From: Candidatus Latescibacterota bacterium
GTDB lineage: Bacteria > Latescibacterota > UBA2968
Length of the DNA stretch: 64,000 nucleotides
NCBI GenBank assembly: GCA_965205975.1
Contig: OZ242195.1
Location: forward strand, 4,544,001-4,608,000
Reading direction: 5' to 3'
In this document: piece after piece, positions 30,640 through 39,850 of the stretch
How the letters are laid out: every line of letters begins with the position of its first letter
Position numbering within the stretch: position 1 is the stretch's first letter
Notes under the pieces: model-generated
The model's input: only the letters and a program-made list of their open reading frames with translations
Databases searched by the model: none
Told to the model about the DNA's origin: nothing
Position numbers and translations under genes: made by a program

Positions 30640-32114
30640 GGCATTACCCTCAGCAATAATCCGGCGGCGCGTTGTGCTACGTTGACTGTCAAGTCCGTTT
30701 GAATACCAAAATACACTGTTGCTCCCGTCAAAACCCACATGGAGATCTGCATCATTAACGGCGCTTCCTTTACATTGGGACCGTCATCGGCTTTCTGAAA
30801 ATAGGCGACTTCAACGACGCGCCACATATAAACTACGGCGAGTAGAGAACTGAGCAAGGCGAGTAGTGCTATGGGCCACCACCCGGCTTCCAGCGCGGCC
30901 AAAATTAAATACCATTTGCTGATAAAGCCCACGGTTAATGGCACGCCGATTAAGCTCAAACCCGCCAGTACAAAAGCCGCCATTGTCACGGGCATACGTC
31001 GTCCAAGGCCCTTCCAGTCGGCAAGGTCAGATGATCCGAGGCGCAATACCACGCAGCCCACAGCCAAAAATAGTGCGGCTTTCATCAGGGCGTGATTAAA
31101 CAGGTGTACAATCCCGCCGGTCAATCCAGTGAGTGAAACAAAGCCGATGCCCAGCATCATGTATCCGATTTGCGCCACGCTCGAATAAGCCAATAATCGC
31201 TTTATATTGGTCTGGTAAATGGCGGATAGGGATGCCACGTAAATCCCGATGAGGGATAGGGGAATTAAAAAGACATCGAGGTTGAGTTTTTCAAATACAA
31301 ACTCGGCACCCCATACGGTAAATGTGAATCTCAAAAATACGTAGATGGATACTTTTGTCGCTGTTGCAGCTAAAAAAGCCGTGACCACAGAGGGGGCGTA
31401 ACAATAGGCATTGGGCAACCACATGTGCAGCGGGAACATTGCCAGTTTGATTAACATGCCCACGGTTAAGAAGGCGAATGCGACCGTTGCTGTGCGGGTT
31501 TCGAACATGGCGGGCAAGCGCTGGGATAGATCAAACATATTTAGCGTGCCAGTCATCATGTACATCAGTCCGATGCCGATGACAATAAATGTGGCTCCCA
31601 ATGTGCCCATGAGCAGATATTGATAAGATGCCGTCAATGCGCGCCGGTCGCGTCCCATCGCGATGAGGGTATAGGACGATAGCGATGATATTTCCAAAAA
31701 TACAAAAACATTAAACGCATCGCCTGTGATTGTAATGCCCATTAATCCGGTGAGGCAGAGCAAATAAGCTGTATAAAACAAATAATGCTGCTTACCGGAG
31801 ACTTCATCAGCCACGCTCGGCAGTGCAAAAAACGTCAGCACGGCGGCGATGATCGAAACCAGCAGCAGCACATAAGCATTGATCGTATCGACGCGGTATT
31901 CAATGCCCCAGGGCGCAATCCATCCGCCTATTGCATACGAGATCACGCCTTCTTCGAGCACGCGGATGAGCAGCATAGATGCTATGCCCAGACAGGCGAC
32001 ACACACGAGAGATGCAAAAGCCCACACCAGCGTTTTCTGCCGCAATAGCACACATAAGGGGGCCGATACAAGGGGGACAACGATCAACAATATGGGCAGA
32101 TGCATATCAATCAT
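30636..32114 (-). CDS. mrpD: Mrp antiporter subunit D
   Basis: DAFNVFVFLEI, KLAMFPLHMWLPNAY, IKRLLAYSSVAQIG. Confidence 0.92.
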   Translation of the reverse strand: MIDMHLPILLIVVPLVSAPLCVLLRQKTLVWAFASLVCVACLGIASMLLIRVLEEGVISYAIGGWIAPWGIEYRVDTINAYVLLLVSIIAAVLTFFALPSVADEVSGKQHYLFYTAYLLCLTGLMGITITGDAFNVFVFLEISSLSSYTLIAMGRDRRALTASYQYLLMGTLGATFIVIGIGLMYMMTGTLNMFDLSQRLPAMFETRTATVAFAFLTVGMLIKLAMFPLHMWLPNAYCYAPSVVTAFLAATATKVSIYVFLRFTFTVWGAEFVFEKLNLDVFLIPLSLIGIYVASLSAIYQTNIKRLLAYSSVAQIGYMMLGIGFVSLTGLTGGIVHLFNHALMKAALFLAVGCVVLRLGSSDLADWKGLGRRMPVTMAAFVLAGLSLIGVPLTVGFISKWYLILAALEAGWWPIALLALLSSLLAVVYMWRVVEVAYFQKADDGPNVKEAPLMMQISMWVLTGATVYFGIQTDLTVNVAQRAAGLLLRVMP

Positions 32115-32460
32115 TCACGCGGTCCCGTTCTATAATTTCGTCTTCCTCAATTGTATCATAAGCTTCTCCGATTCGCACGACGAGTGCCAACCCCAGGGAG
32201 AGGGTTGCAATGCCCACGACAATTGCCGTCAGGATGAGTACATGGGGCAATGGGTTGGAATACACTTCAATACCTTCGCTCAAAATTGGCGCAGTGCCGC
32301 CGCTTACTTTTCCCATGGTGATATAGAACAAGAAAACCGAGACCTGAAAGATACTCAGGCCAATCAATTTTTTGATGAGATTGGGACGCGCAATTGTGGT
32401 GTACAGTCCAATCATCATCAAGACCATGCACGCCCAATCGTTCAATAATCCTACAGTCAT
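32107..32460 (-). CDS. mrpC: Mrp antiporter subunit C
   Basis: NLIKKLIGL, NPLPHVLILTAIVVG. Confidence 0.93.
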   Translation of the reverse strand: MTVGLLNDWACMVLMMIGLYTTIARPNLIKKLIGLSIFQVSVFLFYITMGKVSGGTAPILSEGIEVYSNPLPHVLILTAIVVGIATLSLGLALVVRIGEAYDTIEEDEIIERDRVND

Positions 32461-32882
32461 CGCAATTGTCTCCGACCTGCAAAAGCAAAAAAGACCGCGA
32501 TCATTACCGCAGCTACGGTAATACCCACGCCGAGTTCGACCAGAAAGATGCCCAGATGTTGTCCGTGCGGTGCACTTTCTGGATCCAGAGCCGTATAATC
32601 CAGGAAATTATAGCCGAGAAATAGGGAGACCGCTCCCGTGCCCGCATAGAGCAAGACGCCGAGTGCGACGAGCGTTTCAATGATGCGGGGTTTTACAATT
32701 TGTTTTGCAGCTTGCAGGCCAAAAATTAGCGTGTAGAGCACCACTGCTGCTGCAAAAATCACACCGGCTTGAAACCCTCCTCCGGGTCCGAAGTCGCCGT
32801 GAAATTGCACGTAGAGCGCGAATAGCAGTATCGGCGGAATGAGTCCCTTGCCCACTACGCGGGGAATGCCCTGATGTTTCAT
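32457..32882 (-). CDS. mrpB: Mrp antiporter subunit B (MnhB domain)
   Basis: HGDFGPGGGFQAG, LVELGVGITV. ATGA overlap with the upstream gene. Confidence 0.9.
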   Translation of the reverse strand: MKHQGIPRVVGKGLIPPILLFALYVQFHGDFGPGGGFQAGVIFAAAVVLYTLIFGLQAAKQIVKPRIIETLVALGVLLYAGTGAVSLFLGYNFLDYTALDPESAPHGQHLGIFLVELGVGITVAAVMIAVFFAFAGRRQLR

Positions 32883-33418
32883 GATTTGTCCTCCTTGCGC
32901 CATATATGTCCCAGGAGCAATATTACGCCGATGCCAGCCGTAAAAATCACGGTTACTTCACCCAGTGTATCGTATCCCCGGTAGCTCGCCAATACCGATG
33001 TTACAATATTGGGGATTCCCATTTCTTCTCCCGATTTTTCAATATAGCGGTCGGCAACGTGTGTGTGAACGGGTGCATTGGGGTCGCCGAACATCGGCAT
33101 GTCCAGTGTGCCGTAAATAAGCGCGCTGCCTGTAATAAGTACGACGAGCAGTGCCAATGCGTTATTTTTTTTGGCAACTTTTTCTTCGCGCGTCGTCAAT
33201 GATAGTGTACCCAGAAGGAGTACGGTTGACACGCCAGCGCCAACAGCGGCTTCGGTAAATGCAACATCGACGGCGTCGAGCAATGTAAATATAATAGCTG
33301 ATAGGAAGCTGAATATGCCCATCATCATTGCAGCCATAAACAGATTTTGCATTCGGGAAATTGCGACCGCGAGTACGATCATCAAAATTAGCAGGACAAC
33401 ATCTGCAATTTCAGTCAT
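32879..33418 (-). CDS. Mrp antiporter DUF4040 subunit (MrpA C-terminal / MrpB N-terminal module)
   Basis: AVDVAFTEAAVGAG, NIVTSVLASYRGYDTLGE. ATG after GGAGG. Confidence 0.88.
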   Translation of the reverse strand: MTEIADVVLLILMIVLAVAISRMQNLFMAAMMMGIFSFLSAIIFTLLDAVDVAFTEAAVGAGVSTVLLLGTLSLTTREEKVAKKNNALALLVVLITGSALIYGTLDMPMFGDPNAPVHTHVADRYIEKSGEEMGIPNIVTSVLASYRGYDTLGEVTVIFTAGIGVILLLGHIWRKEDKS

Positions 33419-33473
33419 GATGCCTCCACTATGACATCGTGGGTTTTGTCGTATATGTGCATAGGGCAAGAGC

Positions 33474-34808
33474 CTATCGTCGAGATAAGCGCGTCGTAAA
33501 ATATAAAACTGTGCAGCCAATGAGTGCCGAGGTAAGCGATCCTATCAATACACCGGCTTTTGCCACTTCGGCCAGGGATTCGTCCGGAAAGGCCAGGGTG
33601 GATATAAACAGGGCCATGGTAAAGCCAATGCCTGATAGCATGCCCACCCCGACGACCTGCGAGAAGTTCAGGTCCTGGGGCAACTCGGCAACACCTACCT
33701 TTACCGCCAGATAGGAGAACAACCAGATACCGAGGGGTTTGCCTACGACAAGACCTAAAATAATGCCGCTGGTAATTGAATTTGCAATCAGTGCTGACAT
33801 ATTGCCCGCAAATACCACACCCGCGTTCGCCAGTGCAAAGAGCGGCAAGATCACAAAGGTTACGACAGGCATCAAGGCGTGTTCGAGTTCCTGCAATGGC
33901 GCGATAGCCTGTTCGCTCACCTGTTCCACAGAATGGACAATGGTGTGCTGTTCGCTGCTGAGCAGCAACCTGCCCTGGGGTAGTCCGGTTTTCCTGAGTC
34001 GGCTCAGCAGTTCTTCCGTCTGTTCGCAAAACTCCTGCCCGTCAATGCGGGTTCTGGAGGGAATGGTAAAGGCCATCAGCACAGCGGCGAGCGTCGCATG
34101 GACGCCGGATTTCAGGAAGGCAACCCAGACGATAAAGCCGATCAAAAAATAGACGACTGGATTGCGCACACCAGCGATATTCGAGCCAATAGAAAACAGC
34201 AGGAATAAACCGCCAATTACAAGGCTTTGCAGCGCGATGGCGTCCGTGTAGAAAATCGCTACGACTATAATGGCTCCAATATCATCTACAATGGCGAGCG
34301 CGGTGAGGAATACCTTTAGCGAAATAGAAACCGGGAATAGGGCCAGTACGCCAAGGGCAAATGCGATATCCGTTGCCATGGGTATGCCCCAACCGCGAAA
34401 GGCTTCTCCTGATGGATTGAGCAACAAGTAGATCAACGCAGGCATGACCATGCCCCCCAGGGCTGCAAAGATAGAGAATGCGGCCTGGCGGGGATTGGCG
34501 AGTTCGCCAGCGAGAAACTCCCGTTTGATTTCGAGACCAACGACAAAAAAGAAGATGCCCATGAGGCCATCGTTAATCCAGTGGCCGATGGATTTTGATA
34601 GGCCGTATTCACCCAGTGCCAGCGTTGCTTTGATGTGCAGCCAGTCGTAGTAGTAGGGATAGAAGGACGAATTTGCCCAGATCAAGGCGACAATTGCCAT
34701 GGCGAGTAGCAAGCAAGCCCCGGCCAATTTGTTCATGAGAAATGTCTTTAAGGGACGGAGGAGTCTATCAATTAGAGCCTGGTCAGCGGGCATAGGCAAT
34801 CCTATCAA
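33474..34808 (-). CDS. nhaA: Na+/H+ antiporter NhaA
   Basis: WINDGLM..FFFVVGLEIKRE, GWGIPMATDIAFALG, LAIVDDIGAI, GIGFTMALFI. Start is 34808 (TTG) or 34793 (ATG). Confidence 0.97.
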   Translation of the reverse strand: MIGLPMPADQALIDRLLRPLKTFLMNKLAGACLLLAMAIVALIWANSSFYPYYYDWLHIKATLALGEYGLSKSIGHWINDGLMGIFFFVVGLEIKREFLAGELANPRQAAFSIFAALGGMVMPALIYLLLNPSGEAFRGWGIPMATDIAFALGVLALFPVSISLKVFLTALAIVDDIGAIIVVAIFYTDAIALQSLVIGGLFLLFSIGSNIAGVRNPVVYFLIGFIVWVAFLKSGVHATLAAVLMAFTIPSRTRIDGQEFCEQTEELLSRLRKTGLPQGRLLLSSEQHTIVHSVEQVSEQAIAPLQELEHALMPVVTFVILPLFALANAGVVFAGNMSALIANSITSGIILGLVVGKPLGIWLFSYLAVKVGVAELPQDLNFSQVVGVGMLSGIGFTMALFISTLAFPDESLAEVAKAGVLIGSLTSALIGCTVLYFTTRLSRR

Positions 34809-35119
34809 TCTATATGTTCGTCTGTCACAACGGGCTTGAGACCCGAAATAAGTGCTGCTTTACCAACTGCGTGGGTCGATGTGGGGCTGGTGACGAGCAA
34901 TATCACCAGAATCATCACCAGTTTTACTGTGACCATTGTCAGGCCACCCTGAAACATCAGTCCTATGAGAATGAGGCCTGCCCCCAGTGTGTCGGTAATA
35001 CCACCGCCGTGCAGGCGGCTGTAAAAATCGGGCAAGCGCAACAGGCCCAGGCCACCTATCAAGCATAGAATACATCCCAGGATAAGGCAAATCCAGCTCA
35101 ATATATCGATCATGATCAT
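34805..35119 (-). CDS. mrpG: Mrp antiporter subunit G
   Basis: GLLRLPDFYSRLH...DTLG, TSPTSTHAV. Confidence 0.93.
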   Translation of the reverse strand: MIMIDILSWICLILGCILCLIGGLGLLRLPDFYSRLHGGGITDTLGAGLILIGLMFQGGLTMVTVKLVMILVILLVTSPTSTHAVGKAALISGLKPVVTDEHID

Positions 35120-35137
35120 GGTGTTTGGGTCCTTTTT

Positions 35138-35407
35138 TTACTCTTCTGGCTCCGCACCTAAGTCGCCATACCTCACAAATTTTAGAACGGCCAATGTACC
35201 GATAAAATTGATCAATACATAAATCAGGGCGAGATCCAAAAAATCCGGACGACCGGTTAAAAATCCGAGTACAGCAATAAATAATACGGTTTTGGTGCCA
35301 AACATATTTATCGATAAGATGCGATCGTACACAGTCGGCCCCAATAGGGCGCGGCAAAGTGCCAGTGCCATGGTGACCAATATGCCGATCATTGCCGCAA
35401 TAAACAT
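35138..35407 (-). CDS. mrpF: Mrp antiporter subunit F
   Basis: LGPTVYDRIL, LDLALIY.LINFIGT. Confidence 0.93.
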   Translation of the reverse strand: MFIAAMIGILVTMALALCRALLGPTVYDRILSINMFGTKTVLFIAVLGFLTGRPDFLDLALIYVLINFIGTLAVLKFVRYGDLGAEPEE

Positions 35408-35408
35408 C

Positions 35409-35885
35409 TCATCGCTCCTGTGCCGTTACGCGACGATCCATATCGCCGCTCTGTACATCATCAGCGGCTTCTTTTGTCAGGGCATGAACCACAATTTCTT
35501 CTCCGTCCAGGTCGAGTGATACGGTGCCGGGGGTCAGGGTTATTGAATTGGCAAAGATGACGCGACAGAGATCGGTTTTTTGCGTTCCCGTTACGCGCAC
35601 TATGCGCGGAGCGATGGGCAACCTCGGACTCAAGATGCGTTTTGCCACGTCGATATTCGCTTTGATAATTGCCCAGGCCAGCCACGGAATATACAAAACC
35701 ATGTGCCGAGCCAGATGAATCGGGACTCCTTCTTCATCTATAATATCCAGACGATCTGCCAGATAAACGACAAAAGCGCACGACAATATACCCATGGTCA
35801 GGACGAGCGTGTGTTCAAGCGTATAATGTCCAGACCAGAGTAGCCAGATGGCGAATGAAGAAACACAAAAAAAGATGTAACGCAT
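35409..35885 (-). CDS. mrpE: Mrp antiporter subunit E
   Basis: IKANIDVAKRIL, ANSITLTPGT, VVHAL. Confidence 0.93.
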   Translation of the reverse strand: MRYIFFCVSSFAIWLLWSGHYTLEHTLVLTMGILSCAFVVYLADRLDIIDEEGVPIHLARHMVLYIPWLAWAIIKANIDVAKRILSPRLPIAPRIVRVTGTQKTDLCRVIFANSITLTPGTVSLDLDGEEIVVHALTKEAADDVQSGDMDRRVTAQER

Positions 35886-35983
35886 ACAGACCTCGAGTAA
35901 AAGCGGTGAGATGTGGGACGCAAAAGGAGGGTACACCGCCCAACCGCCCAGCCCTATAGATGAAACGCAATCGGGAAAGGCAC

Positions 35984-36011
35984 AAAAAACCCATTCGTTC
36001 GCCCGAATGGG
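35984..36011 (-). terminator. Terminator-like hairpin ~100 nt upstream of mrpE
   Basis: Minus strand CCCATTCG-GGCGAA-CGAATGGG-TTTTTT. Confidence 0.6.
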
Positions 36012-36141
36012 GGGATGTGCGAACTATTCTATTTAATATTTTTCAACGCAAAAAATCAAGCGAAATATCTCATCGCGTCTTATCTTGTAGGCGGGTTATT
36101 TATTATTGAGCAACTGCCTAATTAATAGAAAGGTACAGTCG

Positions 36142-36441
36142 GTGTCAACTATTCTGATCGCATATCTGTTTACAGCGCTCGTTTTTGGATTTTTTCTCTA
36201 TTATTTTGTTTGGCGAAATCGCTATGTGACGCAGATTCGCCTATCTGTTTACAAAGTTGAAGGGCGGGTTGTGAGTATTGAGCGCGTGGTGAGGGAGATT
36301 CAGGTGAATGAGCATCGGGATCTGCTGGCATTAAAACGCATTGAGTGGAAGGTTATTTACAAAGACCGGGATGACAATCTCTGCGAGACCCGTTGCCGCG
36401 TTCAAGGCGGGCAACTCGACTGGCATCCTCCGCTGTCATGA
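36142..36441 (+). CDS. Hypothetical small membrane-anchored protein
   Basis: GTG after AGAAAGG. N-terminal TM helix then a short beta-rich soluble part. Confidence 0.6.
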   Translation: MSTILIAYLFTALVFGFFLYYFVWRNRYVTQIRLSVYKVEGRVVSIERVVREIQVNEHRDLLALKRIEWKVIYKDRDDNLCETRCRVQGGQLDWHPPLS

Positions 36442-36444
36442 TTT

Positions 36445-38019
36445 TTACATACCCCAGATATCGATATCGACCCCACTGCTCAATGTGCGGCGATCATGGA
36501 ATATTTTGTCTGCCCAACGCCTGCCTTCACGACGGTCAAAGATTATCAGATGCCCCGCCTCTGCATCACATCGATCCATGTACTCCGCGGTCTGATCAAG
36601 ACCATCGGTGATGGTTTGCTCCAGGCTTTTGTGGAGGATTTTGCATTCGATCACGATTTTGCGCATCTGATCGCCCTGTGGCCAGACGATTAGCAAATCC
36701 GTGTGCATTCGACCAAGGCCATACTCCCGCTCAATGCGTCCACCGCTGTTGACAATCCGCTGGAGAAAGGCTTGTAACAATAACTGTGGACCGGCTTCCT
36801 GGTATTGGAACCGCTTCACCCAATGTTCTGAGTGTTCGCGGAAGAAGGTTTGAAATGCAGTCATCAGTTTGACGACGTTCAGGCTACCATCGGCATTGAC
36901 ATACCAGGCTGTTTCCTGTTCGAATTCCTCTTGAACGACCCACGTCAACTCGCGGGGGACGACCTCGGCGTAGATGGGATTGGCGATACGCAACGGACGC
37001 TTTTGAGCCATGAGGCCGAGATCTCGCACATACTCCAGGTCTCGGTCGATGAAGTGGCGTACCTCGGCTCCGCTCAAAAGTGGTTCGATAACGCGCCGCA
37101 CGCGGTCTTCCTTGAGCTTGTCGGCCAATTGGTCAAGGTGCGTCTCTCGGCGCTGGATGAGTTGCTCTTGTGCGTTGCGGATGGCGTCGGCAGTGATTGG
37201 GATGTCGCGGTTTTGTGCGCCTTCGCCATAGAAACAGGTTTCGTCAGATAGGGCATTGACCAGCCAGGGCTGTCCCTGGGTCTGTCTCCAGATGAGTTCC
37301 AGCGCGTTGGGGGTGAATTGCTGTCCGGTTTCTTCGGTGTGCTGGTCGAGCAATGCGATCACTTCATCTTGTGAGAAGTCGCCCAGTCGCAGGGATCGCG
37401 CTTTAATGTTGAAGGCACTGCCACCAGCGATGATGGCGTTGGCTGAACTGGAATGAATGCGGTAATCGCGCACATCGCGCACCCCACACAATATCACGCT
37501 TTGCGGAAAACTGTCCGGACGACGGTCGTAGCCTGCTCGCAACTGCCGTAGCACGGATAGCAGAGAATCCCCGATCAAGGCATCGATCTCGTCAATGAGC
37601 AACACCAGAGGCTTCGGGGTAGCCTCGGCCCAGCGCGTCAATGCTTCGCGCAGGGCACCGTGAGGGCCAGACCTCGCCAGGATACCGGGCCAGACCTCGT
37701 CCAGAAATTCGTCGCCAGTCGAACGCGCCCGGGACGCCAGTTCGTCCAGAATGGTGCGCATCACCTGTTCCACATCTTCGCGCGCTGTCTGCCCGCCTTC
37801 AACGTTGACATACACGCAGTGATAGTCGTCTTCGGCGTTGAGCAAGTCGCGCAGGGCCAGCAGGGCAGAGGTCTTGCCCGTTTGTCGGGGCGCGTGCAGG
37901 ACGAAATAGCGTTTGTCGCGGATAAGTCGGCGGACTTCGGTAAGGTTGAGCCGCTCCAGAGGCGGGATGCAATAATGATCCGCAGCCACTACGGGTCCAC
38001 TCGTATTGAAGAAGCGCAT
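36445..38019 (-). CDS. AAA-like ATPase with C-terminal PD-(D/E)XK-like nuclease domain
   Basis: MRFFNTSGP start after AAGGAG. Walker A APRQTGKT, Walker B LLIDEID. C-terminal EREYGLG..TDLLI..VIECK. Confidence 0.85.
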   Translation of the reverse strand: MRFFNTSGPVVAADHYCIPPLERLNLTEVRRLIRDKRYFVLHAPRQTGKTSALLALRDLLNAEDDYHCVYVNVEGGQTAREDVEQVMRTILDELASRARSTGDEFLDEVWPGILARSGPHGALREALTRWAEATPKPLVLLIDEIDALIGDSLLSVLRQLRAGYDRRPDSFPQSVILCGVRDVRDYRIHSSSANAIIAGGSAFNIKARSLRLGDFSQDEVIALLDQHTEETGQQFTPNALELIWRQTQGQPWLVNALSDETCFYGEGAQNRDIPITADAIRNAQEQLIQRRETHLDQLADKLKEDRVRRVIEPLLSGAEVRHFIDRDLEYVRDLGLMAQKRPLRIANPIYAEVVPRELTWVVQEEFEQETAWYVNADGSLNVVKLMTAFQTFFREHSEHWVKRFQYQEAGPQLLLQAFLQRIVNSGGRIEREYGLGRMHTDLLIVWPQGDQMRKIVIECKILHKSLEQTITDGLDQTAEYMDRCDAEAGHLIIFDRREGRRWADKIFHDRRTLSSGVDIDIWGM

Positions 38020-38084
38020 CCCTATGTCTCCTTTTGTAATGAATATCTCCGCGAGATCCATTGCCGTGCGGGAGGTGGTTGACG

Positions 38085-38315
38085 CTACGATCCCACTTTT
38101 TCTGTGATGGAGACGGTGGTCTGGTCTTGTTGCGCTTTTTTGCGACGTGGACATGTAAAGCAGGCCGAGTCTTCGTCGAGGCTCTGTTCATGGGTTTCTA
38201 AGACGTCGCCACAACAACTTTGCTGCTTTTTTTTATATTGAGCAAATGTCAACGCACCTGCCATAAACGCAAATGCTATGATGAGAAAGATCGTCGCTGT
38301 TAATATGGTTTCCAT
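38085..38315 (-). CDS. nqrM: NqrM-like Na+-NQR maturation protein
   Basis: Single TM helix followed by SCCG...CFTC. Directly downstream of apbE and near nqrA-F. Confidence 0.65.
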   Translation of the reverse strand: METILTATIFLIIAFAFMAGALTFAQYKKKQQSCCGDVLETHEQSLDEDSACFTCPRRKKAQQDQTTVSITEKVGS

Positions 38316-38325
38316 GTTAGAGTCC

Positions 38326-39327
38326 TTATTTGAGCAATGTCTCAAAATTAGACGTCATTTTTTCCACGAACCCATCTCCCTGTCGTACAATCATAAATAC
38401 GGCAAAATTGTGTTTTTCTGCAAATGCAAATCCCGTTTCCGGTCCCATTACATTGATCGCCGTGGCCAGTCCATCGGCGTAGGCGCAGCTTTTGTGTAGT
38501 ACTGTTACGGAGGCCAGGGCGTGTGTTATCGGTCGTCCGGTGCGCGGGTCGATGGTGTGGGAATACCGCACGCCGTCGCGTTCAAAATAGTTGTGGTAAT
38601 CGCCCGATGTTGCCAGGGACATGTTGTCTATGGCGAGTGCTTTTTGTAGTTCGCCCTGTCCCGCGGGGCTGGCAATGCCAATTCGCCAGAGTTGTCCGAG
38701 GTGATTGTGTCCCTTTGTCCGCAGTTCGCCACCGATTTCGATAAAATAGCGATTGATGCCCAAACTGTCCAGATAACTCGCTATGCGATCTACGCCAAAT
38801 CCCTTGGCGATTGCGGATAGGTCGCAATAGATTTCGGGTCGTTCTTTTTTTATTGCGGAAGCAGATAGGTCAATGTGAATTTTTTCATAGCCGACCAGTG
38901 TTTTAGCAGCTTGTATTGAGTCGGGCGATGGCACGCGCTCGGGGATGGCGTTGGGTCCAAAACCCCAAAGGTTGACCAGCGGCCCGATGGTGACGTCAAA
39001 CGCGCCATCAGACCAGGTGCTGATTTCACGCGCGATGTGTAAAACATAAGCAAAGTCCGATGAGACTGCAAACCAGTCTGTTGAAGGCGAGCGGTTGAAT
39101 TGGGTGATTTCGGAGTTGTCCTGATAAGTGGACATCTGGCGATTGACTTCTTTTAGGCGGGCATTGATTTCTCGGTCCAATACATCCGCGTCAAGAGTTT
39201 GGTCTTTTTGGACGATTTTGACCTGAAACGTCGTTCCCATCGTAGGACCTGAAATCGTCACCATCTGATCCCGATCCTGACATCCGATCAACAGGATTGG
39301 AAATACCCATCGCCAAATTCTGTCCAT
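38326..39327 (-). CDS. apbE: FAD:protein FMN transferase ApbE (lipoprotein)
   Basis: Lipobox LLIGC, GPTMGT, DLSAIAKGFGVD, EIGGE, ATSGDY, YSHTIDPRTG, ADGLATA. Confidence 0.96.
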   Translation of the reverse strand: MDRIWRWVFPILLIGCQDRDQMVTISGPTMGTTFQVKIVQKDQTLDADVLDREINARLKEVNRQMSTYQDNSEITQFNRSPSTDWFAVSSDFAYVLHIAREISTWSDGAFDVTIGPLVNLWGFGPNAIPERVPSPDSIQAAKTLVGYEKIHIDLSASAIKKERPEIYCDLSAIAKGFGVDRIASYLDSLGINRYFIEIGGELRTKGHNHLGQLWRIGIASPAGQGELQKALAIDNMSLATSGDYHNYFERDGVRYSHTIDPRTGRPITHALASVTVLHKSCAYADGLATAINVMGPETGFAFAEKHNFAVFMIVRQGDGFVEKMTSNFETLLK

Positions 39328-39540
39328 TACCCCAAATGTCGTGTTGAAAAAACGCATCGCTGTGTCTCTTGTCTCATGCATTAGCGGTTCTGAATGGAAA
39401 TTGGGAATCATATAGCGATACTTATATCCTCGCTATATATATCCTATATCTATCGCTTTACTCCAAAATACAATTTAAAATCCAATCACACTGTAAATAT
39501 AAATAATTTCAATAGTTTATACAAGTATTATTAAACTCAT

Positions 39541-39569
39541 TTGACACGGCGTTTTAATCTCTTTATATT
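39541..39569 (+). promoter_or_regulatory. Sigma70-type promoter ~280 nt upstream of the CBS gene
   Basis: TTGACA-17-TATATT. Confidence 0.65.
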
Positions 39570-39754
39570 CTCCAAAATAGCGAATAATCCAACAATTCAA
39601 TAAGGAGGTTGACTGTGTTGCCCAAACCCGATTCGTAGCTGGGGTGCAATAAAGTATTTGGTGGAGATTTTTCGGCATACAGCCTGTGCTTTTAGGCGGG
39701 TTTTGACAACTAACGCGCACACGAGGAGGAGGGCCATGCCACCAACAAATTTAT

Positions 39755-39811
39755 GCGGCTCCGATGAGAAGTCATACTGTGAATCACTTTTGATCGGAGC
39801 CGCTTTTTTTT
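39755..39811 (+). terminator. Intrinsic terminator/attenuator in CBS gene leader
   Basis: Perfect 11-bp stem GCGGCTCCGAT / ATCGGAGCCGC followed by T8, 40 nt before the ATG. Confidence 0.7.
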
Positions 39812-39850
39812 CCCCAAACCCGTGGAATTTTTCCCCCAACTCATGGAGGT

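Noticed and set aside
39636..39695. Stop-codon readthrough (pyrrolysine) of the short uORF TAG
   Set aside because: Readthrough adds only a short featureless peptide, and no pyl genes are in view.
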